Positions 29,016-37,859 of a stretch of 37,859 nt of DNA are shown here, piece by piece. The first letter of the stretch is position 1; each line of letters starts with the position of its first letter. A program made the translations under genes and the position numbers. Below the pieces are notes generated by a model. That model made no database searches and was not told the origin of the DNA. It worked only from the letters and a program-made list of their open reading frames with translations. The DNA lies in the NCBI GenBank assembly GCA_030146225.1, contig JASLCA010000287.1, forward strand, positions 1 through 37,859, in the 5' to 3' direction. The DNA is from Sphingobacterium sp. Lineage in GTDB: Bacteria > Bacteroidota > Bacteroidia > Sphingobacteriales > Sphingobacteriaceae.

Positions 29016-29342
29016 AAGATCTTAATTTTTATTTACACAAACATACATTCTTAAAATTTATTTAGGGAAACAAAATAATCAATTGACTGGCCATTGACAG
29101 TTGATCGGTTTATTTGGTCATATTCTTATCAATACAAGTCAATAAAGCGAAAATTCGATTGCCATATACCTAAAAAAATACGTATTTTTGGGCGTTCGTA
29201 GTTGAATAATAAGCTTAGCTGCAAACAATTTATACAAAAAATCTGCGGGGTGTTAATTCCGAAACAATGAGTGAGTGTAACAAGGTGTCCTAGCTGCATA
29301 AAAATGGCAAAGAATACCATTAAAAAAACAAATTAAATACAT

Positions 29343-30731
29343 ATGAATTACGACATCATAGTAATCGGTAGTGGTCCAGGAGGATATGTAGCAGCAATAC
29401 GTGCAGCTCAATTGGGCTTTAAAACAGCTGTTATCGAGCGTGAAGCTTTAGGTGGTATCTGCCTAAACTGGGGTTGTATCCCTACAAAAGCGCTATTAAA
29501 AAGTGCACAAGTCTTCGAATACTTAAATCATGCTGAAGAGTATGGAATTAAAGTACAAGGTGGTGAAGCCGATTTCTCCGCTATCGTAAAAAGAAGTCGT
29601 GGTGTAGCCGATGGCATGAGCAAAGGCATACAGTTCTTATTAAAGAAAAATAAGATTGACGTAATTATGGGAACGGCAAAGATTAAAACTGCCGGTAAGA
29701 TTGAAGTAAAAGCAGCCGATGGCTCTACAAAAGAGTACAGCGCTAAACATACCATTCTGGCTACAGGAGCACGCTCCCGTGAATTGCCAAACCTTCCACA
29801 AGATGGAAAGAAGATTATTGGCTACCGTCAAGCAATGAACCTACCGCAGCAGCCTAAATCTATGATTGTTGTGGGATCAGGCGCTATTGGCGTTGAGTTC
29901 GCTTACTTCTACAATGCCTTAGGCACGCAGGTGACTATCGTAGAGTTTATGGATAGAATTGTTCCAGTTGAAGACGAAGAGGTTTCTAAACAATTAGAAA
30001 AATCATTGAAGAAAGCAGGCATCAACATCCTTACAAAATCAGAAGTACAGTCTGTAGATACCAAAGGTGCTTTAAGCAAGGTATCTATTAAAACAGTGAA
30101 AGGCATCGAGACCTTAGAAGCTGAAATCGTACTTTCAGCAGTAGGTATCGCCGCAAATATTGAAAACATAGGCCTGGAAGAAGTTGGTGTAAAAACCGAT
30201 AAAGGACGTGTTGTTGTGGATGAGTTCTACAAAACGAATATCGCAGGTGTATATGCTATTGGAGATATCGTATCTGGACAAGCATTAGCACATGTTGCTT
30301 CGGCTGAAGGTATCACTTGTGTGGAAAAGATTAAAGGTCTACCAGTGGAACCAATCAACTACAACAATATCCCAGGATGTACTTACTGCTCGCCAGAGGT
30401 TGCTTCTGTAGGCTATACTGAAAAAGCAGCGAAGGATGCAGGCTACGAAGTAAAGGTTGGTAAATTCCCATTTTCTGCTTCTGGTAAAGCTTCTGCAGCA
30501 GGTGCTAAAGATGGCTTTGTAAAGTTGGTTTTTGATGCTAAGTATGGGGAGCTATTAGGCGCACATATGATTGGTGCCAATGTTACCGAGCTGATTGCTG
30601 AAATCGTAGTTGCTAGAAAACTTGAGACTACAGGTCATGAGATGATTAAATCCATCCATCCTCACCCTACCATGAGCGAAGCTATTATGGAAGCGGCAGC
30701 GGATGCCTATGATGAAGTAATACACTTATAA
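29343..30731 (+). CDS. lpdA: Dihydrolipoyl dehydrogenase (paralog 2)
   Basis: GGICLNWGCIPTK, GSGAIG, HPHPTMSE. Confidence 0.95.
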   Translation: MNYDIIVIGSGPGGYVAAIRAAQLGFKTAVIEREALGGICLNWGCIPTKALLKSAQVFEYLNHAEEYGIKVQGGEADFSAIVKRSRGVADGMSKGIQFLLKKNKIDVIMGTAKIKTAGKIEVKAADGSTKEYSAKHTILATGARSRELPNLPQDGKKIIGYRQAMNLPQQPKSMIVVGSGAIGVEFAYFYNALGTQVTIVEFMDRIVPVEDEEVSKQLEKSLKKAGINILTKSEVQSVDTKGALSKVSIKTVKGIETLEAEIVLSAVGIAANIENIGLEEVGVKTDKGRVVVDEFYKTNIAGVYAIGDIVSGQALAHVASAEGITCVEKIKGLPVEPINYNNIPGCTYCSPEVASVGYTEKAAKDAGYEVKVGKFPFSASGKASAAGAKDGFVKLVFDAKYGELLGAHMIGANVTELIAEIVVARKLETTGHEMIKSIHPHPTMSEAIMEAAADAYDEVIHL

Positions 30732-30739
30732 TAAAATAT

Positions 30740-30766
30740 AAAAGGCCTCAAATGAGGCCTTTTTTT
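30740..30766. terminator. Bidirectional terminator
   Basis: AAAAGGCCTCA-aa-TGAGGCCTTTTTTT between convergent genes. Confidence 0.88.
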
Positions 30767-30795
30767 ATTTTATAAGCTAACATCCTAACAGGATC

Positions 30796-31800
30796 TTACT
30801 TTAGCACCAACTTGGATTCGAAGACTACATTTTCAGCAGCGGTCTCTTCCTTGTTGTTTATCTTCGCAAAGAGAATCTCCGCAGCACGTCTAGCCTGCTT
30901 ATCGGGATATTGCTCAATACTTCCCATAGGGGGATTTTCCATATACTTCCACAAGGGATAGTTGGCATAGCTAATAAAGTAAATATCTACTTTTTGAACT
31001 AAGCCTTTTTGTCGCGAGTATTTCATCACATCCAAGGTTACGAAATCATTGAAGGACACCACGGCTGAAGGTCGTTCTGACAAGACCAACAACTTCTCCA
31101 TCGCATCAATATTACCCTCTTCAGTCAGATCCGTGCTCACCACATACTTGTCGTCATAAACCAAGTCATTGGCTTGCAAGGCCTTTTTATAAGCCTCTAC
31201 CCTTTCTGTAGAAGAAAGCAAGTTCTCAGGGCCATTGATTAGTGCAATATTTTGATGGCCAATAGAAGCAAAGGCTTCAATAGCTTCCCGCATGCCCGAG
31301 GACAAATCACTGTAGACCTTGTTTACATTGTCCACATTGGGAACACAATCAAAAAACACAAGGGGTATTTCTGCCTCGGCCAACAATTCTATAAAAGAAA
31401 GGTCTTCAGTATTCTTCCCAAGGGAAATTAAAATTCCATCCACCCGATGTTTCTTAAAGGTTTGGATAATTTGTAATTCACGTTGGGCATCATCATGGGA
31501 CTGTCCCATAAGCACCGTATAATTCTGCGAGCCAGCGACATTCTCTATCTCGCTGATTGCGGACGAGAAAAAGGGCTCGGAAAGACTAGGTAAGATGACG
31601 CCGATAGTGAATGTCTTCCGCTGTTTAAAAAATATTGCAGTTTGATTGGGCTCATAATTTAGCTCCTCTGCCACTTTTTTCACACGCATGGTGGTAACTA
31701 AGCCGATGCTTGGATGATCATTCAAAGCACGCGACACAGTGGATGGGGAAATTTTGAGTTTTTTAGCAATTTCTTTTATTGTAGCTGGTTTTTTCTTCAT
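30796..31800 (-). CDS. LacI-family transcriptional regulator
   Basis: TIKEIAKKLKISPSTVSRALN HTH, LNYEPN, sugar-binding domain; start moved to ATG 31800, with TATCTTTG at 31831-31824. Confidence 0.92.
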   Translation of the reverse strand: MKKKPATIKEIAKKLKISPSTVSRALNDHPSIGLVTTMRVKKVAEELNYEPNQTAIFFKQRKTFTIGVILPSLSEPFFSSAISEIENVAGSQNYTVLMGQSHDDAQRELQIIQTFKKHRVDGILISLGKNTEDLSFIELLAEAEIPLVFFDCVPNVDNVNKVYSDLSSGMREAIEAFASIGHQNIALINGPENLLSSTERVEAYKKALQANDLVYDDKYVVSTDLTEEGNIDAMEKLLVLSERPSAVVSFNDFVTLDVMKYSRQKGLVQKVDIYFISYANYPLWKYMENPPMGSIEQYPDKQARRAAEILFAKINNKEETAAENVVFESKLVLK

Positions 31801-31834
31801 AATAACGATTTCAACCTCTTTACCAAAGATACAT

Positions 31835-33352
31835 TTATTTTGCTGATTTATTTTTCGGGTACTTAAACATACCGTTCGTATTTCTATTGTCAGACAGTTC
31901 TGCTGCATTTGCAGTAGGAGTCTGTGTACTTCCAAAACGAGAAGCTACAGCCTTACGCTCTGCCAGCGGCGCATATTTCCCATTCTTAATATGTGATAGT
32001 GCCGCAGCTGTCATCGTCTCTTGTGGGTCTCCAAAGTCCTTGAAGGTACTAAACTCCCAGACATGATACGCAGGCACCATCCCATTGTAGTATTCTCCTT
32101 CCTTGTTCGCATTAAAGGTTTTAAAGGAAGATACGTAAAGCTCTATATTCTTGTCTACAATCTGAATTCCAAAGAAGCCTACAGGCTTGCCATAGGTATT
32201 TTCTGCTAGCGGAGCGGCTGGGGTTCCGGCATAGGTACCAATCATATGTACCGCCATATAAGGCTTCAAAGCATTGATCAGTAGCTCACTTGCTGAAGCC
32301 GTAGACTTGCTGACCAAGAAGTACACCTTCGAGAGGTTTAAGCTTCCCTTTTTAGCAAAGTACACGGGGCCAAAGTCATCTCCCTCTGCAGTCCACTCCC
32401 AATCATTTGTAAGCACCTTATTCATCTCATAATAGTACATCTGACTCTTGTCAGCAGAAGCAGGAGCAATGCGATCAGCTAAATACTCGGCCGTAAGCAC
32501 GGCTCCACCTCCATTATAACGCATATCCACAATTAATTCCTGTATGCCTTCAGTTTCAAAGCTGGAGAAAATCCGCTCAAAGGTTTGAAACATGCGGGTA
32601 GGTAAGCCTTTATCTTCTAAACTTACAAAGGAACTAAATGCTAAATAGCCTACCTTTTTGGCATCTACATTTAAAACCCTGGAATCCATTACGGGATCTA
32701 AATCGTACGCTACATTAGCCATCTGCTTCTCTAGGATAGCCCCAGTAGGCTTTGCAAATCGGATCTCCATGCTATTCATAAGCAAGTAACTATTAATCGT
32801 CTTAAAGTTCTCGCCTTTATTAGCATCATAGCCCAAGTTGCTATTGCCATTAATACTTAATATTTTATCTCCCCTACGAATGCCTGCATGATATGCCGGA
32901 GAATTAAGATCTACCATCTTAACATGCAACTCCTTGTCTAGGTAGAAGATATACATCCCAAAGCTTTTGGCTACAGCTCCTTGAATCTCGCCGCTAATAA
33001 CCCCTGCTCTATCCAAAAAGCTATAGCGATCTATAGGCTTTCGGGTATTGGGATCGATAGGTGTTAAGCTGAGCATCCAATCCAATACATTTTCAGCAGT
33101 CTTATAATTTTTGGTATAGGAGCGCACCGTCCCATCACGGGTGATATCATTTACATTTCGGGGTGGCATAAAATCCTGCCACAACGAAAGTAGCTTGGTA
33201 TAGTAAAATACCGAGTCCTTAATGGTATCTTCCTTTACATAGACTACCTCTGGCTTATCAGGATCTTTTTCCGTATTCGGAAGCTCCTTTTTACATGCCG
33301 AAAGGCCAATAAGAAGTCCAAAGAAAATTAGAACGGGGAATATTCTTCTCAT
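31835..33352 (-). CDS. S41-family peptidase lipoprotein with PDZ domain
   Basis: LSAC lipobox, SPAYHAGIRRGD (PDZ), DMRYNGGG, TASASELLIN, TYGKPVG. Confidence 0.9.
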   Translation of the reverse strand: MRRIFPVLIFFGLLIGLSACKKELPNTEKDPDKPEVVYVKEDTIKDSVFYYTKLLSLWQDFMPPRNVNDITRDGTVRSYTKNYKTAENVLDWMLSLTPIDPNTRKPIDRYSFLDRAGVISGEIQGAVAKSFGMYIFYLDKELHVKMVDLNSPAYHAGIRRGDKILSINGNSNLGYDANKGENFKTINSYLLMNSMEIRFAKPTGAILEKQMANVAYDLDPVMDSRVLNVDAKKVGYLAFSSFVSLEDKGLPTRMFQTFERIFSSFETEGIQELIVDMRYNGGGAVLTAEYLADRIAPASADKSQMYYYEMNKVLTNDWEWTAEGDDFGPVYFAKKGSLNLSKVYFLVSKSTASASELLINALKPYMAVHMIGTYAGTPAAPLAENTYGKPVGFFGIQIVDKNIELYVSSFKTFNANKEGEYYNGMVPAYHVWEFSTFKDFGDPQETMTAAALSHIKNGKYAPLAERKAVASRFGSTQTPTANAAELSDNRNTNGMFKYPKNKSAK

Positions 33353-33354
33353 AA

Positions 33355-33903
33355 TTAATCATAATTAACGAACTGTATTTCTGCTGATTCTACCGCAAAA
33401 GATTCTGCAATAAACGCAATAGCATCAATACCTCTAAAGTCTAGTTCTTTGGTAAAAAACACCTTTAATTGGTTTTTAATAGCTGTCAAATCCTCCCAAT
33501 CAATATGCTTCAACTTGTTCAGCTCTTCTACAGGGTTACCATCTGTCAATATAGCAAATTTCTTTTCGGCAGCAAAGAGCGCTTTCAATAAATCTTTCGT
33601 TTTGTCGATTAAAATTAACTTTAACGGCAATTGGGCATTTGCCTCTAGGCGCTCATAATTAGCTAGATAAGCCTCCGGCAACTCAAAAGCGGCCAAGGTC
33701 TTTGCTAAAAGCCCTGCCTCGCCTTCCCGCTCATAGGTATACTTCATATAGGCTAAGAGCTCCTTGGCTACTGGCTTGCCTTCCGTAAATTCAACAAAGT
33801 TGGCAAAGAGATAATACACCTGCAAGAGGTAATCTCGCTTAGGGTAAAGTACATCATCTATAGCAAATACATAGACAGACTTATCTAAAGGTACTACTGG
33901 CAT
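33355..33903 (-). CDS. HAD-like protein with degenerate motif I
   Basis: FAIDDVLYP in place of FDxDxTLY; ILTDG motif II; no clear motif IV. Confidence 0.7.
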   Translation of the reverse strand: MPVVPLDKSVYVFAIDDVLYPKRDYLLQVYYLFANFVEFTEGKPVAKELLAYMKYTYEREGEAGLLAKTLAAFELPEAYLANYERLEANAQLPLKLILIDKTKDLLKALFAAEKKFAILTDGNPVEELNKLKHIDWEDLTAIKNQLKVFFTKELDFRGIDAIAFIAESFAVESAEIQFVNYD

Positions 33904-33916
33904 CTGATAGACTTAA

Positions 33917-34384
33917 TTAGATTAAACATAAAACCACTTCCGCGCCTGAATCCGAAACCACAGCAGCTCCTGAAAAGTCTGATTCTGTTAGCTGAGCTTG
34001 CGTCAACAGGTCTGCACCTGCTGAGATCAAGCGAATAGGCATATGCTTATCGGGATGCTGCAAGATCAGGGTGTTGTCCAAGTCTAAAGGCATCAACAGA
34101 CTTTGTCCATACTCTTCAAACAAGATACGTGCCTCCTGTAGTGCAGGCAGCTCCTCCTTGCCCAAGGGCAGGATATAGTCAATCGACTCATCCAAAGCCA
34201 ACTTCAAAACCTCATGTACAAAAGTAGGATTAGCTGCTGTAGGCAGCTTTCGGTATTGCTGCTTCAACAATACATCCGGGAATGGCTGACTTGAAGCATA
34301 TAGTACCTCAAATTGTCCAGCCAACATTTTTCCTATCCGCTGTGCCAAGGCATCGGTACCATAGGTAATAAGTATACGCTTCAT
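33917..34384 (-). CDS. Hypothetical protein resembling the N-terminal domain of ATP-grasp/PylC-like proteins
   Basis: KRILIT...LP...F..EVLKLALDESIDYILPL..EELPAL pattern; start moved to ATG 34384. Confidence 0.6.
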   Translation of the reverse strand: MKRILITYGTDALAQRIGKMLAGQFEVLYASSQPFPDVLLKQQYRKLPTAANPTFVHEVLKLALDESIDYILPLGKEELPALQEARILFEEYGQSLLMPLDLDNTLILQHPDKHMPIRLISAGADLLTQAQLTESDFSGAAVVSDSGAEVVLCLI

Positions 34385-34385
34385 A

Positions 34386-35039
34386 TTAAAAGATATTTCC
34401 GTCACGCATTTGAATGGTACGATCCGATATACGGGCCAATTCCTCATTATGCGTCACTATAATAAATGTTTGATTTAAAGATGCTCGAAGTTCAAAAAAC
34501 AATTGATGCAGGCTGGCTGCATTCTCAGAATCCAAATTTCCAGAAGGCTCATCGGCCAATATTAAAGAAGGGTTATTAATTAAAGCCCGAGCCACGGACA
34601 CCCGTTGTTGCTCGCCACCAGACATCGCTACAGGCTTGTGCTCTGCGCGATCTGCAACACCTAAACGTTCTAAAAGCTCCATCCCCCTTCGGGTAGCCTC
34701 TTTCTTAGGGACCCCATTGATAAAGGCGGGGATGCATACATTTTCTAAGGCTGTAAACTCTGGCAATAGGTGATGGAACTGGAAGATAAAGCCAATATGT
34801 TGATTTCTAAAGAGACTTAACTTACGCTCATTCAACTTGGTAATCTCCACCTGGTTGATAAACAGACTGCCTTGATCAGGACGATCCAAGGTGCCGATAA
34901 TATGAAGCAATGTACTTTTCCCTGCACCTGAAGCACCTACAATAGAGACAATTTCGCCTTTGTTAACTGTCAAATCTACCCCCTTGAGAATAGGCAGCTT
35001 ACCATAGGACTTATAAATATTAGTTGCTTTCAATATCAT
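34386..35039 (-). CDS. lolD: ABC ATPase, LolD-like (lipoprotein release)
   Basis: [43 protein letters not shown]; no permease adjacent. Confidence 0.75.
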   Translation of the reverse strand: MILKATNIYKSYGKLPILKGVDLTVNKGEIVSIVGASGAGKSTLLHIIGTLDRPDQGSLFINQVEITKLNERKLSLFRNQHIGFIFQFHHLLPEFTALENVCIPAFINGVPKKEATRRGMELLERLGVADRAEHKPVAMSGGEQQRVSVARALINNPSLILADEPSGNLDSENAASLHQLFFELRASLNQTFIIVTHNEELARISDRTIQMRDGNIF

Positions 35040-35191
35040 ATCACGAAGGTAATGAAAATGACACAAAATCATTTAGCTAAATCATGCTGCTTATCGCAAT
35101 AAGACAAACATATATTAGTTTATACTTTTTTAAAGAACATTTACTTGACCCTTCAATTAAAAAATCTTATTTTTACATCAAATTTTTTAAG

Positions 35192-36385
35192 ATGAACATT
35201 CACGAATATCAAGCAAAAGAAATACTTAAAAGTTTTGGTGTAAGGATTCAAGAAGGAATTCTTGCAGAAACACCAGAGCAGGCTGTCGCAGCTGCAAAGA
35301 AATTAAAGGAAGATTACAACTCGGATTGGGTAGTTGTAAAAGCCCAAATTCATGCAGGTGGACGCGGTAAAGGCGGTGGTGTAAAATTAGCCAAAAACCA
35401 CGACGAGGTTTTCCAAAGAGCAACTGACATTATCGGTATGCAATTGGTAACACCACAAACTGGTCCAGAAGGTAAGAAAGTTAGCAAGGTTCTTGTAACA
35501 CAGGATGTATACTATCCAGGAGAAAGTGAAATCAAAGAATTTTACGTATCTGTATTATTAGATCGTGCTGCTGGTCGTAACATCATTATGTACTCTACCG
35601 AAGGTGGTATGGACATCGAAGAGGTTGCTGAAAAAACTCCACACCTTATCTTTAAGGAAGAAATTGACCCTAAAGTAGGCTTACAAGGTTTCCAAGCGCG
35701 TAAGATCGCTTTCAACTTAGGTTTATCAGGCCCTGCACACAAAGAGATGGTGAAATTTATCGCTGCTTTGTACAAGGCTTATGACACAATCGACGCTGCA
35801 TTATTCGAAATTAACCCAGTGTTAAAAACTTCGGATGATAAAATCCTAGCAGTTGACTCTAAAGTAAACTTTGACGAGAACGCAATGTACCGTCACCCAG
35901 ACTATTTAGCATTACGTGATGTAGCTGAGGAAGATCCTACAGAGGTAGAAGCTGGTGAATCAAACCTTAACTATGTAAAACTTGACGGAAACGTAGGTTG
36001 TATGGTAAACGGTGCTGGTTTAGCAATGGCGACTATGGACATTATCAAGATCGCTGGTGGTGAGCCTGCAAACTTCTTGGATGTGGGTGGTACAGCAAAT
36101 GCTGAAACAGTGAAAGCTGGTTTCAACATTATCTTAAAAGACCCTAACGTTAAAGCAATCTTAATCAATATCTTCGGTGGTATCGTTCGTTGTGACCGTG
36201 TTGCGCAAGGTGTTATTGATGCTTACCAAGAGATTGGCGATATCCCAGTACCTATTATCGTTCGTCTTCAAGGAACTAACGCTGTTGAGGCGAAGAAGTT
36301 AATTGATGAGTCAGGCTTAAAAGTATTCTCTGCAATTTTATTGAAAGAGGCTGCTGAATTAGTAACGAAAGTATTAAAAGGTTAA
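35192..36385 (+). CDS. sucC: Succinyl-CoA ligase beta subunit
   Basis: MNIHEYQAK, KAQIHAGGRGKGGGV, NGAGLAMATMD, NFLDVGG, NIFGGIVRCD; start moved to ATG 35192. Confidence 0.97.
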   Translation: MNIHEYQAKEILKSFGVRIQEGILAETPEQAVAAAKKLKEDYNSDWVVVKAQIHAGGRGKGGGVKLAKNHDEVFQRATDIIGMQLVTPQTGPEGKKVSKVLVTQDVYYPGESEIKEFYVSVLLDRAAGRNIIMYSTEGGMDIEEVAEKTPHLIFKEEIDPKVGLQGFQARKIAFNLGLSGPAHKEMVKFIAALYKAYDTIDAALFEINPVLKTSDDKILAVDSKVNFDENAMYRHPDYLALRDVAEEDPTEVEAGESNLNYVKLDGNVGCMVNGAGLAMATMDIIKIAGGEPANFLDVGGTANAETVKAGFNIILKDPNVKAILINIFGGIVRCDRVAQGVIDAYQEIGDIPVPIIVRLQGTNAVEAKKLIDESGLKVFSAILLKEAAELVTKVLKG

Positions 36386-36409
36386 TTTATCCTTTTAACA
36401 AATATATCG

Positions 36410-36449
36410 CGAAAGCCTGTGCATAACCTGCATGGGCTTTCGTTTTTTT
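36410..36449 (+). terminator. Intrinsic terminator after sucC
   Basis: CGAAAGCCTGTGCA-taacc-TGCATGGGCTTTCG then T7 (two G-U pairs). Confidence 0.85.
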
Positions 36450-36575
36450 AATAGCATCTATCCCCCCTTCTTCAGGCCTTTTACTTTATAAAATCGCAGC
36501 GTAATTAGGAAATAATAAGCTATTTTTGTAAAATCGTTTTAAATCAATAGCACTAGCTGCTTAGTTTATACTATA

Positions 36576-37859
36576 ATGGAACACACACGTATTAAAGAAT
36601 TATTAAAATCAGATGAATTTGGTAAGGAAGTCATCGTTAAGGGTTGGGTTAGAACATTTCGTAACAACCAATTTATAGCTATTAATGATGGTTCTACAAT
36701 AAATAATATACAGGCCGTTGTCGATTTTGAAAATACGGATGATGCTTTGTTAAAGCGCGTAACTACTGGAGCGGCAATCCGTATCAAAGGAACACTTATT
36801 GAATCTCAAGGGAAAGGTCAGCGGGTAGAAATTAAGGCGAATGATCTTACAATTATTGGGGATTCAGATCCAGAGAAATTCCCACTTCAACCCAAGAAAC
36901 ATAGCTTGGAATTCCTTCGTGAGATTGCACATTTGCGCTTTCGCACCGGAACCTTCAATGCAATCTTCAAGGTGCGTCATGCTTTATCCTTTGCTGTACA
37001 TCAGTTTTTCAATGAGAAGGACTTTGTCTACATTCACACCCCTATCGTTACGGGCTCGGATGCTGAAGGTGCGGGCGAGATGTTTCGTGTCACTACCTTA
37101 GACCTAAACAATATTCCGCGTACCGAAGCTGGGGATATTGACTTTAAAGAGGATTTCTTTGGCAAGTCGACCAACCTTACGGTATCGGGACAGTTAGAAG
37201 GTGAATTAGCAGCAATGGCTTTTGGGAATATCTACACCTTTGGGCCTACCTTCCGTGCCGAGAACTCCAATACCACACGCCACTTAGCGGAGTTTTGGAT
37301 GATTGAGCCAGAGATGGCTTTCTACGAGCTAGAAGACAATATGGATCTAGCGGAAGAGTTGTTGAAGTATGTGATTAAATATGCCCTTGACAACTGCCCA
37401 GATGAAATCGAATTCTTAAAAAACAGACTGCTGGAGGAAGAGAAATCCAAGCCACAAGCAGAGCGTTCAGAATTGAATTTGGAGGATAAATTACGCTTTG
37501 TTATGGACAATCAGTTCGAGCGCGTAACCTATACCGATGCCATTGAGATTCTAAAACGCAGCAAGCCCAACCAGAAGAAACAATTCAAATACTTGATTGA
37601 TGAATGGGGAGCAGACTTACAGTCAGAACACGAACGCTACTTGGTTGAGAAACACTTTAAAAAGCCGGTAATCCTTACAGATTATCCACGTGAGATTAAG
37701 TCTTTCTACATGAAACAAAATGCTCCAGATGCAGAGGGCCGCAACACGGTACGTGCGATGGATATATTATTCCCTGGCATTGGCGAGATGGTCGGTGGTT
37801 CACAGCGTGAAGAAAACTTGGAGAAGCTACTTGTGCGTATGGATGAAGTAGGCATTCCT
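36576..37859 (+). CDS. asnS: Asparagine--tRNA ligase (partial, runs off the window)
   Basis: Absent from the ORF track; from ATG 36576 reads MEHTRIKELL...KGWVRTFR...INDGS...HLRFRT...LTVSGQL...FRAENSNTTRHLAEFWMIEPE...GGSQRE; TATTTTTG at 36521-36528. Confidence 0.96.
   Translation, partial: MEHTRIKELLKSDEFGKEVIVKGWVRTFRNNQFIAINDGSTINNIQAVVDFENTDDALLKRVTTGAAIRIKGTLIESQGKGQRVEIKANDLTIIGDSDPEKFPLQPKKHSLEFLREIAHLRFRTGTFNAIFKVRHALSFAVHQFFNEKDFVYIHTPIVTGSDAEGAGEMFRVTTLDLNNIPRTEAGDIDFKEDFFGKSTNLTVSGQLEGELAAMAFGNIYTFGPTFRAENSNTTRHLAEFWMIEPEMAFYELEDNMDLAEELLKYVIKYALDNCPDEIEFLKNRLLEEEKSKPQAERSELNLEDKLRFVMDNQFERVTYTDAIEILKRSKPNQKKQFKYLIDEWGADLQSEHERYLVEKHFKKPVILTDYPREIKSFYMKQNAPDAEGRNTVRAMDILFPGIGEMVGGSQREENLEKLLVRMDEVGIP

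Noticed and set aside
30796..31935. N-terminal extensions or overlaps in the ORF track (LacI gene, trpF, sucC, MFP, azurin, lpdA)
   Set aside because: Family N-termini and promoter positions favour the downstream ATGs.
33345..33356. 12-nt complementarity of the sRNA to the S41 peptidase start (weaker matches at trpD, the LacI gene and the first kinase)
   Set aside because: AT-rich ATGA(A/G)A starts are ubiquitous here, so these are not distinguishable from chance without computation.
35192..36449. sucC without sucD, and a lolD-like gene without lolC/E
   Set aside because: Dispersed subunit genes are ordinary in Bacteroidota.
197..37510. Many 60-145 aa ORFs antisense or out of frame within long genes (e.g. 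21366-21782, 27142-27576, 36841-37101)
   Set aside because: They are shadows of well-supported genes and carry no recognisable motifs.

Overview
Mostly core chromosome of a Bacteroidota bacterium, probably Sphingobacteriaceae (inferred from TAnnTTTG promoters, A-rich SD-less starts and gene content). In order: end of a DUF2795 gene, an exported hypothetical, a Trp-attenuated trpD-trpF-trpB-trpA operon, an unannotated 36-aa membrane peptide gene (- strand), a Cys-rich ORF followed by an HMA/His-rich TonB-dependent receptor, a second short ORF followed by an RND efflux system whose permease and outer-membrane factor form one 1517-aa ORF with an internal lipoprotein signal, maf/kdsC, a candidate ~125-nt sRNA, a DUF3472-like gene, floA, a truncated YhcG/DUF1016 gene, a kinase-cheR-cheB-kinase cassette, azurin, two lpdA paralogs, a thioesterase, DUF3817, a LacI regulator, an S41 peptidase, a degenerate HAD/ATP-grasp-like pair, a LolD-like ATPase, sucC and partial asnS. 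No rRNA, tRNA, CRISPR or intact mobile element was seen. Best leads: (1) the sRNA is ~30 nt complementary to the start region of the 36-aa gene 11.4 kb away; (2) the RND-OMF fusion; (3) two near-leaderless upstream ORFs with structured spacers that could act as arrest-peptide sensors.
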